DNA from: Candidatus Bathyarchaeota archaeon
GTDB lineage: Archaea > Thermoproteota > Bathyarchaeia > Bathyarchaeales > Bathycorpusculaceae
Direction: 5' to 3'
Length of the DNA stretch: 64,000 bases
NCBI GenBank assembly: GCA_963707955.1
Contig: OY970176.1
Coordinates: 384,001-448,000 of the forward strand
The position numbers and the translations under genes are program-made. Position 1 is the first letter of the stretch; each line of letters opens with the position of its first letter. The notes below the pieces were generated by a model. It was not told the origin of the DNA, searched no databases, and saw only the letters and a list, made by a program, of their open reading frames with translations. Of this stretch, positions 49,855 through 58,677 are shown in pieces.

Positions 49855-50541
49855 TTACCTTGGTCCGAATCTCTTCTTGACCCAAGCTCTTGTTTTTTCC
49901 ATGTCTTCTCTGAATCGCTTCAGCTCCTCCGGACTTCTCTTCGGAGCGACTGGCTCTTCAGCTGGCGTTGCGTAAACGTCCAGCAGGTCGCCTTTGGGCT
50001 GCTTTGCGATGTTTATGTTGACCTTCAAGCCTATGTTGACTTTTTCTGGGTCGATGTCTCGCATGGTCATCGGGAGGCACGTGTTTGTTCCGTCGATTCT
50101 CACCATTGCTCCAACTAGGGGTTGCAGGTGTGCCATGGAGGGCCATGCAATGGCCATTATTGTGTGAGCGTGGATTTCCCCTTTCTTCGGAAACTCAACC
50201 CATCTTGTTTCTTCCAGCCTGCATTTGGGGTTGAAGCAGTGTGCACGTGGAGGACAATAGACAAGGCCGCACTTAGGACACTTTGTTCCGTAGAGTTTTC
50301 CTTCGAGCAAGCCCATGAAGAATTTTGACACTTTGCCGTAGCTATGGTGGAACATGCTCCCGTGCGGTCTGTGGACGATCAAGAACTTCTCAGGTTTCAA
50401 ATCGTTGAGCGTGGGACCGTCGTTCATTTCCACAATTTTCCAGCCTTCAGGCCTCCAGCCGCCCTTGCGTTCCCACTCTTGCCACCATTTCTCGTCGTAC
50501 GCTGATTGCTTCATTATCTTTTCTGGTCCAGGTTGCTTCAT
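49855..50541 (-). CDS. extended DUF35 Zn-ribbon/OB-fold protein
   Basis: GTKCPKCG..YCPPRAHC; OB-fold C-terminus. Confidence 0.85.
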   Translation of the reverse strand: MKQPGPEKIMKQSAYDEKWWQEWERKGGWRPEGWKIVEMNDGPTLNDLKPEKFLIVHRPHGSMFHHSYGKVSKFFMGLLEGKLYGTKCPKCGLVYCPPRAHCFNPKCRLEETRWVEFPKKGEIHAHTIMAIAWPSMAHLQPLVGAMVRIDGTNTCLPMTMRDIDPEKVNIGLKVNINIAKQPKGDLLDVYATPAEEPVAPKRSPEELKRFREDMEKTRAWVKKRFGPR

Positions 50542-50545
50542 CCTT

Positions 50546-51838
50546 CTACACCTCCAAGACTACAACTCCTGCTTGACATCCTGTGCCTCCGTGTCCGTGG
50601 ATGAACGCTTTCTTCGGCTTGCTGAGCTGCCTATTAGGCGCTCCCCACTTCTTACCGATCTGGTTGCTCAGCTGCCAGCAACTGTCTACGACTTGGGCAA
50701 TTGATGTTGAACCAACAGGGTGGCCCTGAGCTGTTAGGGCACCGCTAAGTTGACATGGAAGCTCCCCTTGGGCCTGAATTACGCCGTCTCTCACTAGCTT
50801 TTTTCCTTCGCCCCGCTTGCAGAAGTCGAAGTCTTCAAGCCCCGCTAGAATCACGCCTGCGTACGGGTCGAAGATTTCAACGAAGCTGATTTCTTTTCGC
50901 GGGTTCTTGATTCCAGCGTCCTTGTAGGCCATTCTGGCGGACACTCTTAATGAGCCGAAGTTCAACAGATCAGGGTATGGTGACATCGGCTTAGGAATTC
51001 CCTTAGGCCATACCTTTTCATCCTGTGGGTACAGGCCTTTCCAAGCCGGGTTGTCTGGACGGTCTCCAGCCCTCATCGTGTCGGAGCCGAAGCCTACACC
51101 ACTTATCCAGACAGGGTTGTCGGTTAGCTTCTTTGTCATCGCTTCATTTGCTAGAAGCAAAGCTGAGGCTCCTTCACTTGTCATCGCACATTCATAGGCC
51201 CTATAAGGCCAACAGATCAGTCGAGACTTGTACACGTCTTCCACGGTTATCCTGCTGAAGCCATGCTGAGCTGGCCACTGAGCGTACGGATTTTCAAGCG
51301 AGTTGTTGTGGCACATTGCTGAAACTTCAGCCAAGTCTTCCTCGGTGTCTCCGTACACGTGCATTCGACGGGCCTCCATCGTTGCGTAGAAAGCGTTGTA
51401 GGTGAAACCTGAAACAAAGTCCCAGTCGGTGTCTCCAGCAATGGCTATGGCTTCGTTGACCTTCTGGATGGGCAACTCGTTCATTTTTTCCCATCCAACC
51501 ACGAGGACGGCTGGGAACATGCCTGAACGTATCCACAGAGCTGCGTTGACTACTGCGTCGATTGGCGTTGCACCGCCTGATTCAACACGGTAAGAGGGCA
51601 CGCCTGACAAGCCCAAGTAGTCGTTTATTATCCAGTGCATGCACTGCTGCTGCTCCAAGATGTCGCTGAAGTAGGAGTAGCAACAAGCGTAACCCTTCTT
51701 GAGAAAGTCTCCAAGCTCAAGTTCTGGAACGTCATCAAGTATCATCTTGACAGCTTCAGCGCACATTTCCTCCTGCAAGGTGTGTCTGGGGTTATCAAAC
51801 CTTGAAATGCTTCCAGCGACTATTCCGACTTTCTTCAA
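50546..51838 (-). CDS. thiolase-fold protein lacking the catalytic Cys
   Basis: VESGGAT, VGWEKM, SEGASA, EIFDPY, QGHPVGST. Confidence 0.85.
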   Translation of the reverse strand: MKKVGIVAGSISRFDNPRHTLQEEMCAEAVKMILDDVPELELGDFLKKGYACCYSYFSDILEQQQCMHWIINDYLGLSGVPSYRVESGGATPIDAVVNAALWIRSGMFPAVLVVGWEKMNELPIQKVNEAIAIAGDTDWDFVSGFTYNAFYATMEARRMHVYGDTEEDLAEVSAMCHNNSLENPYAQWPAQHGFSRITVEDVYKSRLICWPYRAYECAMTSEGASALLLANEAMTKKLTDNPVWISGVGFGSDTMRAGDRPDNPAWKGLYPQDEKVWPKGIPKPMSPYPDLLNFGSLRVSARMAYKDAGIKNPRKEISFVEIFDPYAGVILAGLEDFDFCKRGEGKKLVRDGVIQAQGELPCQLSGALTAQGHPVGSTSIAQVVDSCWQLSNQIGKKWGAPNRQLSKPKKAFIHGHGGTGCQAGVVVLEV

Positions 51839-51984
51839 CCTTCCACCTCAAGTTTAAAAGAGATAGTAAGTGGATTTCATCAACTATAAGATTTTTGCGG
51901 AGACCGCAGGCAACAACTGATGTCAGTCGCGGATTGAAAGCCTTTGGAGAATCTTTTTATAATTTTCACGTCACCCTTACTGAC

Positions 51985-53097
51985 ATGCGCGTATTACAGC
52001 TGTCCTCAGCATTGCCAGAAGACGAGTACGCAACCGAAGAACTGATAGATACTTTTCCATGCAAGCTCCCTGAAGGCGTCAGGCAGAATATTCTCAACTT
52101 GGGAGTTTCAAGACGATCGTTCATTGAAGGAGCATCTACAGGTTCAAAATCGGAAAAAGTCCTCAGCGAAGCGGGTCTCGTTGACCTATGCGTTGATGCG
52201 TGTAGGAGCGTAATCAATAAGACTGGCATTCCTATCAAAAACGTGGGCTACTTTGTTGCAGCTTATGATGTGAACCCAATCCTAAGCCCGGGTCTCAGCC
52301 AACTCTTGGTCAGGAAAATTGGTTTCGACCCGTATGTCAAGCATGTTAACGCTCAGGGATTCGCCAGCACAGCCTTTCCTAAAGCCTTGCAATTGGCAGA
52401 AGACCACTTGGCAACACGTCCCAAGGATAACGTTTTGGTCTGCGTTTCCGGGGTCAGCTCATACTGGTTTCAGAATCAGGTACGGGGCATGAAGACCGTC
52501 ACAGAAATAGGCCGAATCAATGAGTTCAATAACGAGCGGAAACGCCAGATGGAACTGAGGAAGTGGATTGCAACGATGGAGTATTTTCTTTTCGGAGATG
52601 GAGCAGCTGCTGCTATCGTAGCAAATGAAGGGGAAGGGTTGGCCGTTAAGAAGACAGTTGAGGTGACAAACGTAGGAGAGGAGGACTATCTGGCAGGTTA
52701 CGCTAGACTCGCAAGCTTGCCGGAACCTTTCAAGTTCGGATTCCACTCACACTTGGACAAGGATATTCCAAGACTGGGAGTCAAGTACACGGGTGTGGCT
52801 CTGAAGAAACTGCTTGGGAAGGACGCTGAAAACACTATTAGGACCTCTAAGAAGTGGGCAGTTCACACAGGCAGCCAAAAGATACTTGACGCTTTGGCCA
52901 AGCACCACGGACTTCGACGTGAGAAGCTGGAGGAATCGCATGAAGTGCTCAGAACGCACGGCAACCTATCTGGAGCAAGCTTGCCGTTCATCCTTGAAAG
53001 AATAGTCTCCACGCGTAAGCTCTCAAAAGGCGACATCGTTCTGATGCTGGGCTACGGATGGGGATTCTCAGCCGCTGCCACTCTGTTAGAAGCTTAA
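51985..53097 (+). CDS. type III PKS/FabH-like condensing enzyme (Ser at the Cys position)
   Basis: FLFGDGAAA, WAVHTGS, HGNLSGASLPF, GYGWGFS; AQGFAST. Confidence 0.8.
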   Translation: MRVLQLSSALPEDEYATEELIDTFPCKLPEGVRQNILNLGVSRRSFIEGASTGSKSEKVLSEAGLVDLCVDACRSVINKTGIPIKNVGYFVAAYDVNPILSPGLSQLLVRKIGFDPYVKHVNAQGFASTAFPKALQLAEDHLATRPKDNVLVCVSGVSSYWFQNQVRGMKTVTEIGRINEFNNERKRQMELRKWIATMEYFLFGDGAAAAIVANEGEGLAVKKTVEVTNVGEEDYLAGYARLASLPEPFKFGFHSHLDKDIPRLGVKYTGVALKKLLGKDAENTIRTSKKWAVHTGSQKILDALAKHHGLRREKLEESHEVLRTHGNLSGASLPFILERIVSTRKLSKGDIVLMLGYGWGFSAAATLLEA

Positions 53098-53154
53098 GAA
53101 ACTGCTGATTCAGTGTGTGCCGAAAGGAACTTCAGCGAACACTGCCCCCTTTGA

Positions 53155-53712
53155 TCATTTCTTTTCGCCATGATCCTTCTCTTTCAAGTGATTGCTACCA
53201 CTGGCCTTGGCTACGATAGATTCAATAAACAACGTCTTAGCCTCTGTGTAGGCTTCACGATTAAACCTGTACTTTGCAGCCAACTCCTTCTTCAGCCTAT
53301 AATACTCTCCGGCCGCGTGCGGATGCGCTCGCAAGTAGTCTCTGAAGAGCAAGTGTCGCCTCCAAAAATCGCTGCCGCACTCAACCATATGTAAATGATA
53401 ATGCTTGTTAGGCACGTTTGAAGGGCCCTTACGGAAATAACGTCTTTCTGGAATTGAGTTCTCATACTCTGGAACATATTCGTAACCTATCGTCTCAAGC
53501 GGCCCAATACAACTCTGAGCATCGGAAAGATGGCGTATGCCAACCATAATGTCAATGATCGGCTTAGCTCCCAAACCTGGAACAGCCGTGCTTCCAACAT
53601 GCTCAATGGCAACAACCTTCTTTGCGATCACGCTCAGAATCTTTGCCTTCTCCCCTTCAAATAAGAGCGGCCAATTTGGGTCGTAATCCACCACTTTGAC
53701 AGGAGCTTCCAT
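53155..53712 (-). CDS. GrpB/UPF0157 nucleotidyltransferase-fold protein
   Basis: EHVGSTAVPGLGAKPIIDI, LLFRDYLR, YTEAK. Confidence 0.92.
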   Translation of the reverse strand: MEAPVKVVDYDPNWPLLFEGEKAKILSVIAKKVVAIEHVGSTAVPGLGAKPIIDIMVGIRHLSDAQSCIGPLETIGYEYVPEYENSIPERRYFRKGPSNVPNKHYHLHMVECGSDFWRRHLLFRDYLRAHPHAAGEYYRLKKELAAKYRFNREAYTEAKTLFIESIVAKASGSNHLKEKDHGEKK

Positions 53713-53940
53713 GCTGATTCTCCCTTAGCCTTCTGCGTCATGCTCTCGCGCACGATCTCTGCGTCGTTATCAGATAAAGACCTATTTAGCCACTTAGCCT
53801 CGATTCACACTTCAAGGCTACGCAGCGAGAACATCGGAAGTAGTGAATTTCTCATTTTTAAACCGATAAGAAAATATCTTTTTAGGCTTAATGCTGATAT
53901 GTTACCTTCAAGCAAAACATCGTTTCAGCGAGGGCATGAG

Positions 53941-55629
53941 ATGACAACGTTTGATGAGAAAACCATTAACGAAATAAGAAAAGAACGGCAACGTTGGGAG
54001 CAAACAACACTGCCAAACTGGACAAAGCAATGCAAGGAAAGAAAAAGCGAGTTTCGGAACACCTCTAATATGCTGATAAAAGGCTTGTACACGCCAGAAG
54101 ACATCAAGTCAATGGATTACATGCGCGATCTAGGCTTTCCTGGCGAGTACCCGTTCCTTCGAGGGGTGCACGCAACCATGTACCGCGGTCGATTGTGGAC
54201 GATGCGGCAGTTTGCAGGATTCGGCACAGCAGCACAGACGAACCGGCGCTTCAAGTATCTTCTTAAAGAAGGCGAAACCGGTTTGAGCATCGCTTTTGAT
54301 TATCCAACGATAATGGGCTACGACTCAGACCATCCGATGGGGCAGGGCGAGGTCGGGATATGCGGAGTGGCTATCACATCGTTGAAAGACATGGAAGTGC
54401 TGCTCGACGGAATTCCTCTTGACAAAGTCACAACGTCGATGACGATAAACGGGCCTGCAGCCACGCTGCTAGCCATGTACGTCGCAGTAGGCGACCAGCA
54501 GGGTGTGCCCAGAGAAAGGCTCGGTGGGACCACGCAGAACGATAACTTGAAGGAGTATTTCGCCCAGAAACTCTGCATCTATCCGCCGAAGCCTGCACTG
54601 AAACTGACAACGGACATAATAGAGTACTGCGCGAGACACTTGCCGAAGTGGAACCCCGTAAGCATAAGCGGCTACCACATCAGAGAAACCGGCGCAAACG
54701 CTGTGCAAGAGTTAGCCTTTACGATTTACGATGGAATAACCTATGTTGAATCCACGATGGAAAGAGGTCTCAAGGTCGACAATTTTGCCCATAGACTTTC
54801 ATTCTTTTTCGCGTCCCACAACGATTTCTTCGAAGAAGTAGCCAAATTCAGGGCTGCCAGAAGAATATGGGCAAAGCTGATGAAAGAACGGTTCCACACC
54901 AAGAACCCAAGGTCCATGTGGATGCGAATGCATGTCCAAACCTCGGGTTGCACACTCACAGCACAGCAACCGTTTAACAACATCACCCGCACCACGATTC
55001 AAGCATTGGCAGCCGTTTTGGGCGGAACGCAGTCGTTGCACACGAACTCTTTTGATGAAGCCTTGGCGCTGCCGAGCGAAAAAGCCGTGAGAGTTGCACT
55101 GAGAACACAGCAGATAATTGCCCACGAGAGCGGTGCGCCCTGCACCATAGATCCTTTGGCAGGTTCATACTACATAGAAGCCTTAACAAACGAAATGGAA
55201 GAAAAGGCGATGGAGTACATAGCGAAGGTGGACGAAATGGGAGGAGCCATCGTAGCCATAGAGAAAGGGTTCTTCCAGAAAGAAATTGCCGACAGCGCTT
55301 ACAAGTACCAGAGAGAGATAGACGAAATGAAACGCATAATTGTCGGCATAAACGACTTCACCGTCGAAAAGGAAGAAATACCCATAGAGCTCTTGAGGGT
55401 AGATCCTAAGGTCGAGAGGGAACAAGTTGTCAGTCTCCAAAAGCTAAGGCGGAAGAGAGATAAGAGAAAAGTTGAAGAAACCCTCGGAAAACTCCGTCGA
55501 TGCACAGAAAAAGATGAGAACCTCATGCCCGTAATAATAGAGGCAGTAAAATCCTATGCGACGATGGGCGAGATTTGCGAAGTGTTACGTCAGGTTTACG
55601 GAGAATACAAAGAGTTGATCATAATCTAA
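53941..55629 (+). CDS. B12-dependent acyl-CoA mutase, large subunit (isobutyryl-CoA-mutase-type residues)
   Basis: FPGEYPFLRG, WTMRQFAGF, GTTQNDNLKEYFAQK, SISGYH, SLHTNSFDEA. Confidence 0.93.
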   Translation: MTTFDEKTINEIRKERQRWEQTTLPNWTKQCKERKSEFRNTSNMLIKGLYTPEDIKSMDYMRDLGFPGEYPFLRGVHATMYRGRLWTMRQFAGFGTAAQTNRRFKYLLKEGETGLSIAFDYPTIMGYDSDHPMGQGEVGICGVAITSLKDMEVLLDGIPLDKVTTSMTINGPAATLLAMYVAVGDQQGVPRERLGGTTQNDNLKEYFAQKLCIYPPKPALKLTTDIIEYCARHLPKWNPVSISGYHIRETGANAVQELAFTIYDGITYVESTMERGLKVDNFAHRLSFFFASHNDFFEEVAKFRAARRIWAKLMKERFHTKNPRSMWMRMHVQTSGCTLTAQQPFNNITRTTIQALAAVLGGTQSLHTNSFDEALALPSEKAVRVALRTQQIIAHESGAPCTIDPLAGSYYIEALTNEMEEKAMEYIAKVDEMGGAIVAIEKGFFQKEIADSAYKYQREIDEMKRIIVGINDFTVEKEEIPIELLRVDPKVEREQVVSLQKLRRKRDKRKVEETLGKLRRCTEKDENLMPVIIEAVKSYATMGEICEVLRQVYGEYKELIII

Positions 55630-55641
55630 AGAGGAAACAAC

Positions 55642-56049
55642 ATGCGAAAAGACAGAAAAATTAGAGTGTTAATTGCAAAGCCGGGTCTAGACAGCCACGA
55701 TAGAGGGGCAAAGGTCGTTGCTAGGGCCCTAAGAGACGCTGGAATGGAAGTCATCTACACGGGCCTAAGACAGACCCCTGAACAGATAGTCGAAGCCGCC
55801 CTTCAGGAGGACGTTGACGTCATAGGCTTAAGTATCCTTTCAGGAGCCCACAAGACCCTTTTCCCGAGAATAATGCGGCTTCTCAGAGAACAAGACCTTA
55901 CAGACGTGATGGTTTTCGCTGGGGGCATAATCCCTGAGGAAGACGTAGTTAAAATGAAAAAGTTGGGAATAAAAGAAATCTTCGGACCTGGAACCACGAC
56001 AGAAACGATAATACGCTACGTTTTGGACAACCTTCCAAGAAGAAGCTAA
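55642..56049 (+). CDS. acyl-CoA mutase cobalamin-binding subunit
   Basis: [31 protein letters not shown]. Confidence 0.95.
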   Translation: MRKDRKIRVLIAKPGLDSHDRGAKVVARALRDAGMEVIYTGLRQTPEQIVEAALQEDVDVIGLSILSGAHKTLFPRIMRLLREQDLTDVMVFAGGIIPEEDVVKMKKLGIKEIFGPGTTTETIIRYVLDNLPRRS

Positions 56050-56070
56050 GAGTCAAGATGTGCGAGTGCA

Positions 56071-57036
56071 TTGACGAAAACGGAAGAATTGGCCAAAGGC
56101 GTTCTTGCTGGGAACCGCAGGAGCGTAGCGAGGGCTATAACCACTATCGAAAACAACGACCCTGAAGTTCAGGAACTGGTTGCCAGAATCTACGCCCACA
56201 CGGGAAAAGCTCACATAATAGGTTTAACGGGCGCTGGCGGCGCTGGAAAGAGCACTCTTATTGAAAAGATCGTCAAGGAATACAGGCGACGGGGCAGGAC
56301 GGTGGGTGTGGTCGCCGTGGACCCCACAAGCCCGTTCACAGGCGGGGCATTCTTGGGTGACAGGATTCGCATGCAAGAACTCTGCACTGACGAGGGCGTT
56401 TTCATACGTAGCATGGCAACCCGGAACTATGCAGGAGGAATAGCAAGGGCAACGAAAGACGCTGTGAAAGTCCTTGACGCCGCTGGAAAAGACGTGGTCA
56501 TAGTCGAAACTGTCGGTGCAGGTCAATCTGAAGTCGAGATCATCAAGGTTGCACAGACAATAGTCGTCGTCCACGCCCCAGGACTAGGAGATGAGATACA
56601 GGCGATAAAAGCCGGTGTGATGGAGATAGCCGACATTTTCGTCGTAAACAAAGCTGACCGCGAGAACGCGAATAAAGCTGTGATTGACATTCAGTCAAAC
56701 TTGCAGATGAACAGCAAGGAAATTCCGTGGAAACCGCCTGTTCTGAAAACGATAGCCTTGACTGGCGAGGGTATTCTGGAGCTGGTTGACAAGATTGAAG
56801 AACACAGATGTTTCCTTGAGGGCGACTTTGAGTGCAGAAGGGTCTCATTAAGGTCGAAAGCAGAGGCGGAACTCATTGACGCCATCAGAGAAAGAGTGAC
56901 AGGTTCTCTGATAGAAGAGTTGAAGAAGGAAGGAAAGTTTGACGCGCTCGTCCACAAAATCATGGAAAAGAAGACAGACCCGACGTCTGCCGCTGAAAAA
57001 CTTTTGAAGAAGGTTGTGCACGGTGCCGAAGCTTGA
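56071..57036 (+). CDS. meaB: mutase-associated GTPase MeaB/ArgK
   Basis: GAGGAGKST, VDPTSPFTGGAFLGDRIRM, ETVGAGQSE, VNKAD. Confidence 0.95.
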   Translation: MTKTEELAKGVLAGNRRSVARAITTIENNDPEVQELVARIYAHTGKAHIIGLTGAGGAGKSTLIEKIVKEYRRRGRTVGVVAVDPTSPFTGGAFLGDRIRMQELCTDEGVFIRSMATRNYAGGIARATKDAVKVLDAAGKDVVIVETVGAGQSEVEIIKVAQTIVVVHAPGLGDEIQAIKAGVMEIADIFVVNKADRENANKAVIDIQSNLQMNSKEIPWKPPVLKTIALTGEGILELVDKIEEHRCFLEGDFECRRVSLRSKAEAELIDAIRERVTGSLIEELKKEGKFDALVHKIMEKKTDPTSAAEKLLKKVVHGAEA

Positions 57037-57552
57037 AAAAGGATTGGTTCAAGTTTATACGGGGAACGGAAAAGGAAAGACTACGGCAGCTTTTGGACTT
57101 GCGCTCAGAGCGATAGGGAGAGGACTGAGAGTCTGCATAATCCAGTTTATCAAAGGCGGCTTCGACTACGGAGAACTGTACGTAATAGACAGGCTTCCGG
57201 GCCTCAAGCTGAAAGCGTACGGCAGAGGCAAATTCGTAGACGGAAGAAACCTGACAAGACGGACGTGGATCTAGCAGAGGAAGCTCTAACGACGGCTGAA
57301 AAAGCCCTCAGGGACGGCGAATGCGACATAGTTATACTGGACGAAGTCAACGTGGCTCTAAGCCTTAAGCTGATAAAGACCGAGAGTGTCCTAAACCTGA
57401 TCAAGAAGAAACCTGCACAAGTCGAGCTGGTGTTAACTGGACGGAACGCACCAAGCGAAATCGTTGAAGCAGCCGATTTAGTCACAGAAATGGTAGAGGT
57501 CAAACACCCGTACAGCAAGGGTTTTCATGCTCGAAAGGGAATCGAGTACTAG
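57023..57552 (+). CDS. cobO: cob(I)alamin adenosyltransferase; frameshift near 57240
   Basis: VYTGNGKGKTTAAFG, QFIKG / ILDEVN, LTGR, ADLVTEM..KHPY..GIEY. Confidence 0.9.
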
Positions 57553-57586
57553 GCTCCCAAGAAAGCAGTGTATAAGTTGACCGGCC

Positions 57587-58282
57587 CTACTTCTCTTCTT
57601 TCAACGCGAGAGGGTATATTTCCTTAGCTACGTACTCCAAGTATGGCTCCTTCTCTGTCAAATTGAATATAGTCACGGATGCGTCTCGAGTTATGCCCAC
57701 AACATAGCCATGCTCCTTTGATCTTGCAACTACGTACCACAGGTCACCATGCTTGCCATAGTCCTCGAAAAGGGAAGTGTTTGTGAGGTCCGGCCCGTAC
57801 AGAGACAGTTTGTCGATGTTTGGAATATCCACGTTGTCAAAGAATGTTATTTTGGTGTCCTCAGGGTTCTTTAAGTGAAACTCTTTCAACGTTTCAGGAG
57901 AGATTCTAGCCTCTAGTACCCCCCCTGCTTTTTCAAACAGTACTTCACTAAGCTTGTTTGCTATGAAATTGGCAACACGCTTCTTCTCAACTATCGTCAA
58001 AAACGTCGTACCTTCACGTTCAACGAAGCTAAACATTGCTTCAACTGTTCGAGGGGTAGGCAAGATCTTGCCCCTGTGGAAAACCTGAGTGACATAGTCG
58101 TGAGAATAGATGCCTTTCAACATGTTCCCCTTAGGAAGGAGACCAGTGACCTCGGTGATAAGCGTAAGTTTGTAGTCTCCCTCTTCATAAGCTTCTTCGG
58201 TGCGGTAGCCCTCAAGTCTTGAAGCGATGTCCGCCACAGCAAGAGGCGCAGTCAGTTTGAAAACCTTACCAGCAACAACCAT
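57587..58282 (-). CDS. conserved hypothetical protein, divergent from the SMC operon
   Basis: clean 231-aa ORF; GAGGT upstream; no motif recognised. Confidence 0.7.
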   Translation of the reverse strand: MVVAGKVFKLTAPLAVADIASRLEGYRTEEAYEEGDYKLTLITEVTGLLPKGNMLKGIYSHDYVTQVFHRGKILPTPRTVEAMFSFVEREGTTFLTIVEKKRVANFIANKLSEVLFEKAGGVLEARISPETLKEFHLKNPEDTKITFFDNVDIPNIDKLSLYGPDLTNTSLFEDYGKHGDLWYVVARSKEHGYVVGITRDASVTIFNLTEKEPYLEYVAKEIYPLALKEEK

Positions 58283-58677
58283 TCTCGAACCTCAAACACT
58301 TAGTCTAGAAGGTTCTGCTTATGAAACTTTACGCTTCCAAACCTAAGAATGCAGATTGCGATCCTTGACTCCACCGGAGTCTCACTGAGCATTTGTCACA
58401 GTGCCAATGGAGCTCTGTTCGTTCTTAACGTAGGGTATCGGCGAACGCCATGAACAACCATGCTCCCCACGTCCATTGCACACGCGCCACGCAAACACCT
58501 AATCAAGTATGAAAAGTGATCTCGGATGGATGTGAAAGTGTTTTGGACATCGATGGTATCGAAATCCTCAGGAAAGCAGAATGCGTGAACTAGTCCATTT
58601 GTTGCAAAACTGTACTAATTGTTTTAATAAGGGAATTTTCACCTTTATTATCTACCACACGCCGGGAAAAATCATCA

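Noticed and set aside
53740-53940. Long N-terminal ORF extensions (mutase, PKS-like, GNAT at 15597, tautomerase)
   Set aside because: The extensions cover promoter-like AT tracts or GCGC motifs; downstream starts fit the families better.
5691-57240. Frameshifts in the transposase, NMNAT-like, AKR, nucleotidyltransferase, nrdG, thiolase and cobO genes as programmed frameshifting or real pseudogenes
   Set aside because: Single indels in otherwise intact, unrelated genes, some in homopolymer runs, with no shared slippery signal. Uncorrected assembly errors are the simplest explanation; read mapping is needed.
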